The position numbers and the translations under genes are program-made. DNA of 64,000 bases from an uncultured Planctomycetaceae bacterium. Its GTDB lineage: Bacteria; Planctomycetota; Planctomycetia; Isosphaerales; Isosphaeraceae. The number at the start of each line of letters is the position of its first letter. Position 1 is the first letter of the stretch. The notes below the pieces were generated by a model. It was not told where the DNA came from. It worked only from the letters and a program-made list of their open reading frames with translations, and searched no databases. Below, piece by piece: positions 33,853-44,803 of this stretch. The stretch is from the NCBI GenBank assembly GCA_963833985.1, contig CAWIAD010000002.1, forward strand, positions 3,744,001 to 3,808,000, written 5' to 3'.

Positions 33853-35997
33853 TCAATCCGCGTAACCATGAGGTCCCATGACCCATTGCTGTTCGCTCTG
33901 GAAATGCTTCATCAGCCGTAGCGGGTCCTGGTCCGCGACGGTCGCACGGAATTCCCGGCCCAGCTTTCCTTCCATGCGGCCGAGAAAATAAAACTCCGCA
34001 TCATTCGGCTGAAACACGCGGTCGCCGGGAGCTTCCAGCACTTCTTGCCTGTCCAGGGGCGCGACCAGCTCTGGCGTCACCAGAATCATCGTCTCGGTTT
34101 CGACCGTGGTGAGCTGAACGTTGCTGAACCAGTTACCGACCAGTGGCAGGTCGCCGAGCCCGGGGATGCGCTGGGACACTCCAGTGGACCGAAGCTGGAT
34201 CAAACCGGCGATCGCCAGTGTCTGTCCCTCCCTCAGCTCCACCACGGTCCGCGCGCTCCGCTCGAGGATTGCCGGAACGGGTCCGTTGTTCACGACGGTC
34301 CCCTGCGAAAAGTCGAGCGAGCTGACCACGGGCTCGACATCAAGCCGGATCACGTCGTTGGCAAGGATCTGTGGAATGAAGTTGAGGATGGTACCGAAGC
34401 GCTGGAACTGGATGGTGACCACTGCCGTGCCGCCGGGGACGGAAGAGCTCTGGGGCACCGGGAATGGGAAGAGCCCGCCGACCAGGAACCGCGCCGGCTG
34501 CGAATCGAGGGCCACGAGGTTTGGCTCGGCCAGGATCTTGGCCAGGCTGTTGACGCGCAGGGCGTTGATGAAGAGCGAGAAGTGGCCGGAATCAAAGACG
34601 CCGAAGAGCTGACCTCCACTCGAGGCACTGCCGTCAGCACTGAAGGTGGAGGTGACCGGCGACAGGAGGCCGATCGGGCTCGACGTATTCACAGCGTGGC
34701 TTGCGGCCGCCGTTCCCGAGACGCCACCGATCCCACCAGCGGCCGATCCGATGATCGACTTCCCCTTCGTATCCAGCCAGCTCACGCCCACCTGCCGCAA
34801 CGCCTGCCGGTTCAGCTCGGCGATCTTCACGTGCAGCAGCACCTGCCGCGGGCCAGGGATGATCACCCGGTTGATGACGGTCAGCCCCATGCCGCCACCC
34901 ATTCCCCCGCCCATGCCGCCACCCATTCCCCCGCCCATGCCGCCGGCTCCGCCTCCCATGCCGCCACCCATGCCGCCGGCTCCGCCTCCCATGCCGCCAC
35001 CCATGCTGCTGGTCCCACCTCCCATGCCGCCCATGCCTCCGCTCATCGCACGGAAGCCGATGCTCGTCCGGATCGATCCGATGATCACCTGGAGGATGTC
35101 GGACATCATCTTGGAATCCGGCACCTGGCCATCGAGGATGACCTGTCCACCGATCTGGCGTACCTTGACCTGTGCGCCCGGGAATGCCTGGTTGACCCGG
35201 GTCTCCAGTTCCTTCGTATCGAGGGTCACGCGGACAAGGAATGAGACCGGCCGGTTGCTCTCATCCCAGATGATCAGGCTGGTCGTGCCGAAACCCTTGC
35301 CGGTGATATTCAAGAGTTTGGCCTCCGGCTGATCCGAGAGGATCTCGACGTCGGCCACGGCCGGGTTGGCCACAACAAGCCGCGTCAGGCTGTGGCGGAG
35401 CTGGACAACCTTGGATTCCCCGGACACCAGTGCAATCTCCGCCTCCGGCTCCTTCACGGTTTCGATCATATTGACGACATCCCGGGCAACGTCGCTGTTT
35501 AGCCGGCGAGGGATGGCTCCTGGAGGACGTCCGGGGACCAGCCCGGTCGTGTCCCGCCGGAGCTGGATCAACCTGGGCCGAGCGGCTCCCTCGCGGGAGG
35601 GTGCAAACGGTCCTGGCAGCGGGTCGATCGGAATCACCCTGGGAATTGCAGAAGCTGGAGGAGGAGGAACCGCTCCGCCCTGGCCTGGCATCGGCGCAGG
35701 CATGCCGACCCTGGCCTCAATATCCTGTCCCGGCCCTGGCGCAGGCTGCTCGATGGCACCCGCGGAGGGGCCGATCAGCGTACTGGTTGATGAATTTGAC
35801 GGCGTCCCGCCCGCTCCGCCACGTTGCAAAGGAGGTGGGGGCGGTGGCGGGATGGTGATGATCTTGGTTTCCGAGCTCTGGGCAACTGACCGGGGAGCCA
35901 CCGTGAGCAGAACCACTGACACGCTCAGGAAAAGCAATGATGGCCGGAACCATAACTGTCGACTGGTTCGGCCTTTGCGGGTCCAGAATTCCGTCAT
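33853..35997 (-). CDS. Flp/Tad pilus secretin (CpaC/RcpA-like)
   Basis: VANPAVADV..GKGFGTTSLIIWD, QVLLHVKIAELNR, KILAEPNLVA, TVVELREGQTLAIAGL, IPGLGDLP, LVTPELV. Confidence 0.88.
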   Translation of the reverse strand: MTEFWTRKGRTSRQLWFRPSLLFLSVSVVLLTVAPRSVAQSSETKIITIPPPPPPPLQRGGAGGTPSNSSTSTLIGPSAGAIEQPAPGPGQDIEARVGMPAPMPGQGGAVPPPPASAIPRVIPIDPLPGPFAPSREGAARPRLIQLRRDTTGLVPGRPPGAIPRRLNSDVARDVVNMIETVKEPEAEIALVSGESKVVQLRHSLTRLVVANPAVADVEILSDQPEAKLLNITGKGFGTTSLIIWDESNRPVSFLVRVTLDTKELETRVNQAFPGAQVKVRQIGGQVILDGQVPDSKMMSDILQVIIGSIRTSIGFRAMSGGMGGMGGGTSSMGGGMGGGAGGMGGGMGGGAGGMGGGMGGGMGGGMGGGMGLTVINRVIIPGPRQVLLHVKIAELNRQALRQVGVSWLDTKGKSIIGSAAGGIGGVSGTAAASHAVNTSSPIGLLSPVTSTFSADGSASSGGQLFGVFDSGHFSLFINALRVNSLAKILAEPNLVALDSQPARFLVGGLFPFPVPQSSSVPGGTAVVTIQFQRFGTILNFIPQILANDVIRLDVEPVVSSLDFSQGTVVNNGPVPAILERSARTVVELREGQTLAIAGLIQLRSTGVSQRIPGLGDLPLVGNWFSNVQLTTVETETMILVTPELVAPLDRQEVLEAPGDRVFQPNDAEFYFLGRMEGKLGREFRATVADQDPLRLMKHFQSEQQWVMGPHGYAD
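34885..35045. repeat. Gly-Met coding repeat (GGGM)n inside the secretin
   Basis: cccatgccgcc units repeated about 10 times. Confidence 0.8.
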
Positions 35998-36299
35998 CTG
36001 TGACTTGCCCCTGGCCAGCTTCGGCACAGTAAACCTCTGAATTACGGGGGGTTACGTTAGCGAACCCGTTCCAGCGAGACCACGGCCGACAACGTTGGGG
36101 TCAGGGTGAGGATCGTCTTGATTAGACCGATCGCACGGGTTCTGACGCATAATTCGGCATTTCGGATGCCACGCCTTGATCGGATCGCGGAAGATCTTGG
36201 CTTCAATGACCTTGTCGGCAAGGAAGTCGAGACTGGAGAATGAGGCCCTTCCGGCGGCAGGGGATTCCATGACAAGCAGCCGGTGAACCAGGGATCGCG

Positions 36300-37181
36300 A
36301 TGAGCATGAGCCGGCAGGCGTTCGAGATCGAGACCATGGATCGCGACCTGGGCGGTGGATTACTGCCGGGAACGCTGACCGTGATCGCCGGAGCGACCGG
36401 AATCGGCAAGACCCAGCTCGGCCTGCGCTGGGCCGCAGCCGGCGCCCGCGCGGAGGGCGTGCCGGGCCTGATTTGCGACCTGACCAGCCGGGGCGATTCG
36501 CAGAACCATCTCAATTACGCGCGCAGCCAGTTGCACTGGGAACTCGCCACGTATCCGCTCTCGGCGGCACCCGTCTTCGAGGATGCCTGGGACCCCGGCA
36601 AGCCGCTCGGTTCCTATTTTCATCCCATCGAAAGGGCGGGCCGCCGGGTGAGCCGGTCCGACCTCGAGCCCGAGGCCTGGCACGAGTGGAAATCCGAGAT
36701 GGCGCGGGTCCTTCGTTGTGCCGTTGGCTTCTTCTACCAGCACTTTGCTCGTGGCGCCCGGCGTGTCGTCTTCGACGGTCTGGAGCCGGCCGAGCGCTTC
36801 AGCGAGTCGATCCAGTTCGAGTTTTTCGAGTACATCTACCACCACGTGTTGCGCAAGGACAGCGACTGGGCCGCGCGGGAGTGGCTCCGCGAAAAGTACC
36901 GGGCTCATGCCCACGAGGTCGCCCAGCACGCCTACGACCACCGCCAGATTGGCTGCGTGTACCTCTACACCACGCCGGAGGTCATGCTCGACGACCTGCT
37001 CTCCCGGCCCATTGGACAGGGTGACATCTTCTCCAACGCCAACACGATCATCCTCATGGGCCGCACCCGCCACGACGGGCGGATGGGGCGGGCGCTGGCG
37101 GTGACCAAGCATCGTGGCAGCAGCCATGGCGAGGAGATACTCCCTTACCGGATCACGGAAACGGGCCTGGTTTTCGACTGA
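36300..37181 (+). CDS. Single-domain KaiC/RAD55-like RecA-fold ATPase
   Basis: LGGGLLPGTLTVIAGATGIGKT, VVFDG, RALAVTKHRGSSH. Confidence 0.85.
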   Translation: MSMSRQAFEIETMDRDLGGGLLPGTLTVIAGATGIGKTQLGLRWAAAGARAEGVPGLICDLTSRGDSQNHLNYARSQLHWELATYPLSAAPVFEDAWDPGKPLGSYFHPIERAGRRVSRSDLEPEAWHEWKSEMARVLRCAVGFFYQHFARGARRVVFDGLEPAERFSESIQFEFFEYIYHHVLRKDSDWAAREWLREKYRAHAHEVAQHAYDHRQIGCVYLYTTPEVMLDDLLSRPIGQGDIFSNANTIILMGRTRHDGRMGRALAVTKHRGSSHGEEILPYRITETGLVFD

Positions 37182-37265
37182 TCTGCTGCGGGGCGTTCAC
37201 TCCCGCATCAGCGGTCGGCGCCAGGGTGGCACCGGACTTCACCCAGCTCTGGAGCGAACCTCAGC

Positions 37266-38210
37266 ATGAGCGATCCGAAACCCAGGCCCGAAGATCGGAA
37301 TGCGTCGGAAATCGGCGCGGCCGAGTGGCTGTTTCAGGAGCCGGCCCCGCCCCGGAGCAACGAGCGCGGCGAGGCGGTGATCACTCCCCGGTCCGGAGCA
37401 ATCGAGGAGTTCGAGGTGCTCGGCGTCTCCGAGCCGGACACCGCCCCGGAAGGCTCGCCGGTCGCCCCCGAGCGTCCCGCGGGGCCTCGGCTGGCTGCCG
37501 GCCGTTCGCCGACACCGCCGACTTTGGGGCCTGAGGCCGCCGGGGAGTCAGGCGCAGGAAGCGCCAGCCGCTCTCGAATGGTCGCTCCCGAAACGCCCGC
37601 GGTCGAGCAGGTCTGGTCACGCGCCAGCGAGTGGGGACAGACGCTGGCCGTGCTGGCCGCCTGGCTCGTGGCCGTGCTGTTTCTGGCCTATTTAACCCTG
37701 GGAGCGGAGTGGTACGCGTTCACGGCGCTGCTGCTGGCTTTCGGCGGCCTGGGTGCCGTGTTGCTCAGCTATCCCATCCTGATCACGCTCGAGCGTCCCG
37801 TGCGGATCACGCCCGAGCAGGCCGCGCGTGATTTTTTCAGCGCGCTCTCGCACCACCTGCCGCATCATCGCCGGATGTGGTTGCTGCTCAGTACCAGGGG
37901 GCGCGTCTCACCGCAATTCGCATCGTTCGAGGGCTTCCGGAACTACTGGAAAGGGCGGCTCCAGCAACTGCGCGAGGGTCACGCCGGCCAGTACGTGCCG
38001 CTGTCGTTCCAGGTCGGGGAGTTCCAGGCGGAGAAGAGCGCAGGGAAGACCGAGATCGATGCCCGGTTCCGTTTGCGGGTGTTCGTTCGAGGACGCCGCG
38101 ACCAGGGCCCGATCTGGAGCCTCGTGCTCCGGCGCAGCTTCGTTCGCGGCCCGGATGGCATGTGGTACATGAACGACGGAACGCTCTCGGATCGCACGCC
38201 GGAAGCCTGA
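37266..38210 (+). CDS. Hypothetical membrane protein (2 TM)
   Basis: Disordered N-terminus, two hydrophobic helices, LERPVRITPEQA. Confidence 0.7.
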   Translation: MSDPKPRPEDRNASEIGAAEWLFQEPAPPRSNERGEAVITPRSGAIEEFEVLGVSEPDTAPEGSPVAPERPAGPRLAAGRSPTPPTLGPEAAGESGAGSASRSRMVAPETPAVEQVWSRASEWGQTLAVLAAWLVAVLFLAYLTLGAEWYAFTALLLAFGGLGAVLLSYPILITLERPVRITPEQAARDFFSALSHHLPHHRRMWLLLSTRGRVSPQFASFEGFRNYWKGRLQQLREGHAGQYVPLSFQVGEFQAEKSAGKTEIDARFRLRVFVRGRRDQGPIWSLVLRRSFVRGPDGMWYMNDGTLSDRTPEA

Positions 38211-38246
38211 TTGACAGGTCGCTCACCGCCCACCCGGAACAGCGGA

Positions 38247-39923
38247 TCAGCCGGAATCTCCTGCCTTCCACCACCGCCAGCGGAACGCCACGTAACTGAT
38301 TGCCACGAAGACCAGGCTGAGCGGCGGATAGATGGCAAGGAAGATCGCCCAGACCGGCAGCGCGATCTGGGGCGTCAGTTGAATCAGGATTGGCGGCGGG
38401 ACGTTGAGCGACTGGCTGCTCCAGTTCTCGATCCGGCTGGTGTGCATGGGGACGCTGAGCGCGGCGGAAAACGGACTGGTGATTGTGATCGCGGCCAGCC
38501 GCTCGGGAGTGAACGACCTCTCCTGGCTGATTCCCTGAAGATACCAGCTCAGCCCCATGGGCAGTACGAAGAGCACCAGAAGCATCAGGTAAGTGAGGAT
38601 CATGGCCGTGGAGGTTCGCCGCACGAGCGACGAGCACATGAGCCCCACCGATGACGTGGCCAGGCACGTCGTGGCGATGATGAGCATGAACACGATCAGG
38701 GTCCAGAACCGGAATCGCAGTTCCTGGAGCAGGACGTATGCCAGCAAGAGCTGCTCGGTGAGCAGGAACGTGAGCACCGTGGAGACGCGCAGCGCGGCGA
38801 TCAGCTTCGCCAGGATGATGCGCCCCGGCGTGAGCAGGGTGGTCAGCAGCAAGGCCAGCGTCTGCCGCTCGCGCTCCTGAGTGACGCTGCCCGAAGCAAA
38901 GACCGGTCCCACAAGCAGGTTGAACGTGAGAACGTAGGACACGTAATAAGCTGTTTTATCGGACCGCAGGAAGAGCAGCCCGGCCATGAGGGGAATCGAC
39001 AGGAGCATGCTCACCTGAATCACCACCCGGAGCATGAGCGTTCCCTGGCTGAAGATCTCGCTGCGCAGCTCCTTGTCGAGGACAGGGTTGGTTCCGTCCG
39101 GCATGAGATCGACCCGCTTGGCCGGTGCGAACAGCTTGTCCGGGAAGAGATCGCGGTCGATCACCACGCCGATGGCGTACTTCATCTCTTCTTCCTCGTC
39201 GACGACGTCTTTCCCCTCGCTGCCCACGTCCGGGGGATGCAGCAGCCGGCGGTTGATGAGAATTTCGAGCACGGTCCAGAGTGCCAGGCACCAGGGGGGT
39301 AGGATGGCGATCGAAACGAAGTCGCGCACCACCACGTCGTCGGTACGCGTCAGCGCCACGCAGCAGACCGCCAGGGGAAGCGTCACCAGGTAGCTCACGA
39401 CCAGCGATGAGCTCGTCCGCCGGAAATAGCTGGAGCAAGCGACGCTCAGCAGTCCGAAAGTCCCGGCCGCCAGGATCAATACCAGGTAGCTGCGGGTGAT
39501 CTCCGAGAGCAGGAGACCGCCCAGCAGGTAGCAGAGGATCATCAGCGGCAAGCTGGAGAGGATGAGGATCACGAGGTACGAGAGCGAGCTCAGGAGCTTG
39601 CCGATGAGAATGGTCCCCGGGCGCAGCGGGCTGGCCAGCAGCATCTCGTAGGTCTTGCGTTCCTTCTCACCGGTGATGCTGCCGGCGGCAAACGTGGGCG
39701 CCATCAGCGAGACCAGGAAAAACTGGCCCAGGAAGAAGATGTCGAACAGGCGGCGGGCCACGCCGGGGCTCACCTGGCGAGTCCCATCCTCTCCTGCCGG
39801 CCAGTAGAAATAGACCAGAGCGCCCAGCGCGGCCACGTAAACGAGCTGTAGCACGAATGCGCGGGGCGATCGCAGGGTGACCAGCAGTTCGCGCGTCAGT
39901 ACTGGATTATCGCGGAAGAACAT
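38247..39923 (-). CDS. ABC transporter permease with duplicated ABC-2-like domains
   Basis: NPVLTREL / NPVLDKEL and ITGEKERKTYEMLL / VTQERERQTLALLL. Confidence 0.85.
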   Translation of the reverse strand: MFFRDNPVLTRELLVTLRSPRAFVLQLVYVAALGALVYFYWPAGEDGTRQVSPGVARRLFDIFFLGQFFLVSLMAPTFAAGSITGEKERKTYEMLLASPLRPGTILIGKLLSSLSYLVILILSSLPLMILCYLLGGLLLSEITRSYLVLILAAGTFGLLSVACSSYFRRTSSSLVVSYLVTLPLAVCCVALTRTDDVVVRDFVSIAILPPWCLALWTVLEILINRRLLHPPDVGSEGKDVVDEEEEMKYAIGVVIDRDLFPDKLFAPAKRVDLMPDGTNPVLDKELRSEIFSQGTLMLRVVIQVSMLLSIPLMAGLLFLRSDKTAYYVSYVLTFNLLVGPVFASGSVTQERERQTLALLLTTLLTPGRIILAKLIAALRVSTVLTFLLTEQLLLAYVLLQELRFRFWTLIVFMLIIATTCLATSSVGLMCSSLVRRTSTAMILTYLMLLVLFVLPMGLSWYLQGISQERSFTPERLAAITITSPFSAALSVPMHTSRIENWSSQSLNVPPPILIQLTPQIALPVWAIFLAIYPPLSLVFVAISYVAFRWRWWKAGDSG

Positions 39924-39980
39924 GGCGTTTGGCCTGTGCTGGATGACGTTGCTCTGGGTCCCGCGCGAACGCACCGCGCA

Positions 39981-40910
39981 TCAGCTCACAATTCCCTTGG
40001 TGATCATCATGAAGACCTCCTCCAGGCTGAGCGGCTCCTCGGCGAACGACTGGACAGAGATTCCCGAATGGATGAGCCGTCCCAGCAGGCGAGCCATGTC
40101 ATCGTCATGTCCCTCGAACTCAGCGCTCACGGTGTGATCGTAGGTCTCGACCAGGCGAATCGAGGGGTCGTCTCGCAGTAGAGCGGCAGCGCGGTCGGTG
40201 CTTTCGTCGAGCAGCCGGACCTTGAGCACCCGGTGCGAGCGGATCTGCTGCTGGATCTCCTGGATGCTTCCCGCCGCCAGCAGCCTGCCGCGCTCGATGA
40301 TGCCGATCGAGGTGCAGAAATCGGCCAGCTCGGAAAGAATGTGGCTGGAGATGAGGATGGTCTTCCCCATCTTGCGGAGCTCACCCAGCAACGCCTTCAT
40401 CTCCAGCCGCGCCCTCGGGTCGAGGCCGGAGGCCGGCTCGTCGAGGATGAGCACGGGTGGGTCGTGGACCAGCGTCTTGGCCAGGCAGAGCCGTTGCTTC
40501 ATTCCTTTGGAGAGACCGTTGACGTAATCGTCCCGCTTGTGCGTCAGATCGAGCAGCTCGAGCACCTCGTTGATGATCTTCTTGCGCGAGGTGCGAGGGA
40601 TCTCGTAGGCCACGGCGAAGAAGTCCAGGAACTCCCAGACCTTCATGCCGTCGTAGACCCCGAAGTCGTCGGGCATGAAGCCGATCACACGCCTCACGGC
40701 CATCGGGTCGGCCGTCACCGAGTGGCCCGCCACGCGGCCCTCGCCCGAGGTCGGACGCAAGAGCGTGGCCAGGAAGCGGATCGTCGTGCTCTTGCCCGCG
40801 CCGTTGGGGCCGATGAACCCGAAGATCTCTCCCTTCCCGATGGAGAAGCTGAGGTCATCGACGGCCACGAACTCGCCGTACCGCTTGGTGAAGTTGAGCA
40901 CCTCGATCAT
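39981..40910 (-). CDS. ABC transporter ATP-binding protein
   Basis: GPNGAGKST, LSKGMKQRL, LILDEPASGLD, SSH. Confidence 0.95.
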   Translation of the reverse strand: MIEVLNFTKRYGEFVAVDDLSFSIGKGEIFGFIGPNGAGKSTTIRFLATLLRPTSGEGRVAGHSVTADPMAVRRVIGFMPDDFGVYDGMKVWEFLDFFAVAYEIPRTSRKKIINEVLELLDLTHKRDDYVNGLSKGMKQRLCLAKTLVHDPPVLILDEPASGLDPRARLEMKALLGELRKMGKTILISSHILSELADFCTSIGIIERGRLLAAGSIQEIQQQIRSHRVLKVRLLDESTDRAAALLRDDPSIRLVETYDHTVSAEFEGHDDDMARLLGRLIHSGISVQSFAEEPLSLEEVFMMITKGIVS

Positions 40911-40971
40911 CGATCAGCCTTCTTCCCTTGCAGCCATGTTTTCGCGGTTTTGCGACATGCCCATGCGTACT

Positions 40972-43503
40972 TCAGTGTGCCGCCAGGCTGTTGAAGCGCG
41001 GACCATCCGGCGAAGGAGGGTTGCCGTAGCGGAGGTGAACCAGCACCGCCGTCATGCCCCGATGCCGGTCCAGAACCGGTTCAAAAGTCTCGCCGGCCAT
41101 GGGTCTGGGAATCCAGGCGACGAGCCGCAGCTCGCCGGCGTTCTCGGGACGAGACTCCCAGTCCAGCCGCAGCGCTTCCAGAAGCGTCTTCGGGTCCGGG
41201 CCCTCGAACCCCTCGATCTGGTCCGGAACGGAGGTCGAAGCGGTCTGGCCCAGGTCCACCGAGCCGCCGGCCGCGATGGTTCCCAGGAAGGTCTCTCCAC
41301 GCTTCGCGGCGCCCGGAAAATCAACGAGGACCGCGTCCTTGAGTTCGAACTCGGTCTGGTTGACGATCCGGCGGCCCTCTTTCCCCTCTTCCATGAAGAT
41401 GGGACCGGCCATCCCCAGCATCTGCTCGGACCGGAACATGGCCAGGCTGCGCGGCTGAACGGAGAAGTCCTCCAGCGTGGGCACCGGATAGGACTGCCAG
41501 ACAGCCGTGGTCACATCCTCCCCCCCGATCGACCGCTCGGTGTTCAAGGGCAGAGCCAGTGCGCTGGGCTCGTTGGGAAACGAGATGGAATAACGGGCGC
41601 GGCCCGTGGTGTAGAGAGTGGCGAACCGGCTCAGATGCCCGCGGGCGTAGCCGCCTTGCACCTCGAGCAGGTCAATCTCGTCGCAGGCCGAGTCATAACC
41701 CATATCGTAAGCCGCCACGCGCTCCACTCCGATGGCAAACCCCAGCGCCAGCAGGGGCACCGCAATCCAGGCCCACTCCCTGCGGTTCAGGAGCAAGCGG
41801 CACACCAGGTAGTTCAGCGGCACGACTGCAAGGAGATAGGCCAGGATCACCTGAAGGACGAACCGGGAGCTCGGCACGGAGATGCCCGACGCCTTCTCCA
41901 GCAGATCGCGGCAGAGCCGGGGAATGGTGGTGGAATCGCGCCATTCGGCCACCCCGGTACGATTCTGCACGGCCTCCTCGGCCGGTGAGCTCGGTGACTG
42001 GTTCTCCGGCGTCGCCGAGGGAGGTGGCGGCGGAGTGTAGCGGCTGCTCGCCGCCGAGTTTTGCGCCTGGCGGGCGGCCAGGCTTGCCTTCAGTCGGAGG
42101 GCTTCGGCCTCGGCCCCGGCGTCGCGGCTGGTGATGCGATACCAGCTCAGGTCCGGGCCCTCCAGCGGCGGCCCGCCGCCGGGTGGAGAGATTCCCAGGC
42201 GGTTGTAGGCCAGCGCAGCCGCGCTCTCTTCAGGCCGGCGCAGCACGACGCGGCGGATGAGCGTATCGAGACCGGGCCAGGCCACCAGGGAAGGGTCGGT
42301 GGGATTGATCGTCAGCATGGTGATGCGGCCGCGTCCCACCCGGGCTTCCACCGCCAGCAGGTGCGGGCTGCCTTCGCCCAGCGAGATCGTCGCGGCCCCG
42401 GGCCGAGGCCGCAGCCCGGCCACGAACAGAGGCCGGTTCTTCGGCGGCCGGATCGGTACGGGCCGGCGGTACGGCCCGGAGGCAAACGAGGACAGGTCGA
42501 CCTCGCGCTGCGGCCTGGGGTTCATGGGATCTTGCTCGGGCGGCATGCTCTGCTGGGACGACGGCGGATACGCCTCGGCCAGGGGCCTGAGCTCGGCCTC
42601 GCCCAGCAGGGCGCTTTCCCCCGTGGGCTCCGCGGGCAGGTAGCCGCCCAGAAAGCTCTCGCGGAAGATCGAGAATGTGGGCCCCGCGCCTCCGACCAGC
42701 ACAAGCTGGCCGCCCCAGTGCAGCCAGTCGAGCAGCGCCTGCTGATGAGATACCGATAGCGAATCCGGTGGCAAGCCGTCCCAGATGACGTGGCTGATCG
42801 ATGCCCAGGTGAGCGGATGCGCGGAAAGGAAGCCCTTTTCGGCGTTCTCCGGCAGGACCATCCGGTAGTAACGCTGGAGCTCCAGCGACAGTGGGTCCTC
42901 ACGCTCGGCCGAAGCCGGAACGCTCGACGGCAGCCGGCTCCAGGTGGCGTACTGGTTCGCGGAGTCCTTGCTGAGCACGACGACCAGCATCTGGTGCGGG
43001 GGCAAGAGCCGCAGGGGCACCTGCCAGAGCTCGTCATAACGGATGGCCCCAGGTTGCAGGAGCTCCAGGTTGATCTCCTTCTCCTTGGGAAACCGCGGCA
43101 GCATGGCCTGCATGCTCAGCCGCGCGCGCTGCTCCTTCACCAGCCGGGCCTCGCGTGCGTACACGACCTCCTGGGGCATTCCCGGAAGCGGCACCGGAAA
43201 AAACTGGAGACTTCCCTCGTAGTCCTCTTCATTGGCCCGCAGGTCGATGAAGACCGTAGTCCACTGGCCGGGCTTGACATAGGGCAGCACGTCAAAAGGT
43301 GCCACCTGCGAGCGGAAGAACTCGAAGGGAGGCCGCGTCTTCTCCTTCTCGAGCTTCTTCTTGAGCGCATCGGGATCGCTGAGGATCTGAAGCCGCTCCT
43401 CATCGGAGGACGAGAGCTGCGCCCGCGCCGGGCAGACCCCTGCCGCGAGCAGCATGCCGGTCACGAGCAAGAACAGCGGCCACCGCGATGCGTGTGTCTT
43501 CAC
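40972..43503 (-). CDS. Large membrane-anchored protein associated with the ABC module
   Basis: 843-aa ORF with signal peptide, DWLHWGGQLVLVGG and two TM segments. Confidence 0.75.
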   Translation of the reverse strand: MKTHASRWPLFLLVTGMLLAAGVCPARAQLSSSDEERLQILSDPDALKKKLEKEKTRPPFEFFRSQVAPFDVLPYVKPGQWTTVFIDLRANEEDYEGSLQFFPVPLPGMPQEVVYAREARLVKEQRARLSMQAMLPRFPKEKEINLELLQPGAIRYDELWQVPLRLLPPHQMLVVVLSKDSANQYATWSRLPSSVPASAEREDPLSLELQRYYRMVLPENAEKGFLSAHPLTWASISHVIWDGLPPDSLSVSHQQALLDWLHWGGQLVLVGGAGPTFSIFRESFLGGYLPAEPTGESALLGEAELRPLAEAYPPSSQQSMPPEQDPMNPRPQREVDLSSFASGPYRRPVPIRPPKNRPLFVAGLRPRPGAATISLGEGSPHLLAVEARVGRGRITMLTINPTDPSLVAWPGLDTLIRRVVLRRPEESAAALAYNRLGISPPGGGPPLEGPDLSWYRITSRDAGAEAEALRLKASLAARQAQNSAASSRYTPPPPPSATPENQSPSSPAEEAVQNRTGVAEWRDSTTIPRLCRDLLEKASGISVPSSRFVLQVILAYLLAVVPLNYLVCRLLLNRREWAWIAVPLLALGFAIGVERVAAYDMGYDSACDEIDLLEVQGGYARGHLSRFATLYTTGRARYSISFPNEPSALALPLNTERSIGGEDVTTAVWQSYPVPTLEDFSVQPRSLAMFRSEQMLGMAGPIFMEEGKEGRRIVNQTEFELKDAVLVDFPGAAKRGETFLGTIAAGGSVDLGQTASTSVPDQIEGFEGPDPKTLLEALRLDWESRPENAGELRLVAWIPRPMAGETFEPVLDRHRGMTAVLVHLRYGNPPSPDGPRFNSLAAH

Positions 43504-43902
43504 GAGCAGGGCACCTGTGATGGTGAGTCATTCAAGAGAGGACCGAACAAGACTTTGACGCATCCCTGCATCGAACAGCGAGTCTAGCATCCGCCGAACC
43601 CGCCGGAAAGATCGTCAGCTCGCGGCAGACTTGCTCTGGACATCTCTCATCGAAGCGATCGACGACAAGTGTAATATGCAAGGGCCGAGCAGGGAAGGGG
43701 GAGGAGATCTGATCCACGGAATCGCGATTGCTCCGCCGGCAGTGGACCCTGGAGCGCCTGGCCGTGCCTCTCGCTGCGCTCAGGCTCTGGCAAGCAGCCT
43801 CCCAGATTCACGCGAGGGGAGGGAACGAGTAAGATCGAGGATTGATTGGCTGGCCCCGCAAGGGCCTGTTCCGTGCTCATGATCTGGTTGCAGGACCTCC
43901 CC

Positions 43903-44790
43903 GTGCCCGCATCGCTGCTCGATGGAAAAACGCTCGCCCAGCAGATCCGCCACGAGCTCGCGTTCGAGGTCGCCCGGTTTCGGGCGGAAACGGGGGTCAT
44001 TCCCGGGCTGAGCGTGGTGCTGGTGGGCGATGACCCGGCCAGTCAGGTCTACGTGCGCAACAAGCAGAACGCGACCCGCGCCGCGGGAATGAACGGCAGC
44101 CTGGTGCGGCTTCCCGCCCATGCAAGCCAGTCTGAGCTGGTCGAGCTGATCGACCGCTTGAATGAGAACGCCGCGACGCACGGAATTCTCGTCCAGCTTC
44201 CGCTGCCGCGGGGGATTGAGGAACGGGTGGTCATCGAGCGCCTTGATCCGCTCAAGGATGTGGACGGGTTCCATCCCATCAACACAGGACTGCTGGCTCA
44301 GGGGACGCCCCGGTTTGTGCCGTGCACGCCGCTGGGAATCCGCGAGCTGCTCATCCACGCGCAGATCGAGACGCGGGGCGCCCACGCCGTCGTGCTCGGG
44401 CGATCGCAGATCGTGGGCAAGCCGATGGCGCTGTTGCTGCTTCAGAAAGGAGTCGGCGGCGACGCCACGGTCACGGTCTGCCACACGGCCACGGTGAACG
44501 CGCCGGCGATTGCGCGGCAGGCGGATGTCCTGATCGTTGCCATGGGCCGTGCGGAGTGTGTCACGGCCGACTGGATCAAGCCGGGCGCTGTGGTCATTGA
44601 TGTGGGCATTCACAAGCTTGAGGACGGCACGCTCCGCGGCGACGTTGATTTTCAGAGCGTGGCGGCGGTCGCTTCCAGGATCACTCCTGTTCCCGGCGGA
44701 GTCGGGCCGCTCACGGTGGCCATGCTACTGCGCAACACGCTGCATGCCGCCCGCCTGGCGGTGTCTGATTCAGCAGGCCATCGGGCCTAG
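43903..44790 (+). CDS. folD: Methylenetetrahydrofolate dehydrogenase/cyclohydrolase
   Basis: YVRNK, GILVQLPLP, KDVDGFHP, PCTP, GRSQIVGKP, TPVPGGVGP. Confidence 0.96.
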   Translation: MPASLLDGKTLAQQIRHELAFEVARFRAETGVIPGLSVVLVGDDPASQVYVRNKQNATRAAGMNGSLVRLPAHASQSELVELIDRLNENAATHGILVQLPLPRGIEERVVIERLDPLKDVDGFHPINTGLLAQGTPRFVPCTPLGIRELLIHAQIETRGAHAVVLGRSQIVGKPMALLLLQKGVGGDATVTVCHTATVNAPAIARQADVLIVAMGRAECVTADWIKPGAVVIDVGIHKLEDGTLRGDVDFQSVAAVASRITPVPGGVGPLTVAMLLRNTLHAARLAVSDSAGHRA

Positions 44791-44803
44791 GAGCGAGACA
44801 ACG

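Noticed and set aside
43560..43900. ZTP or THF riboswitch upstream of folD
   Set aside because: Conserved aptamer motifs not found by eye
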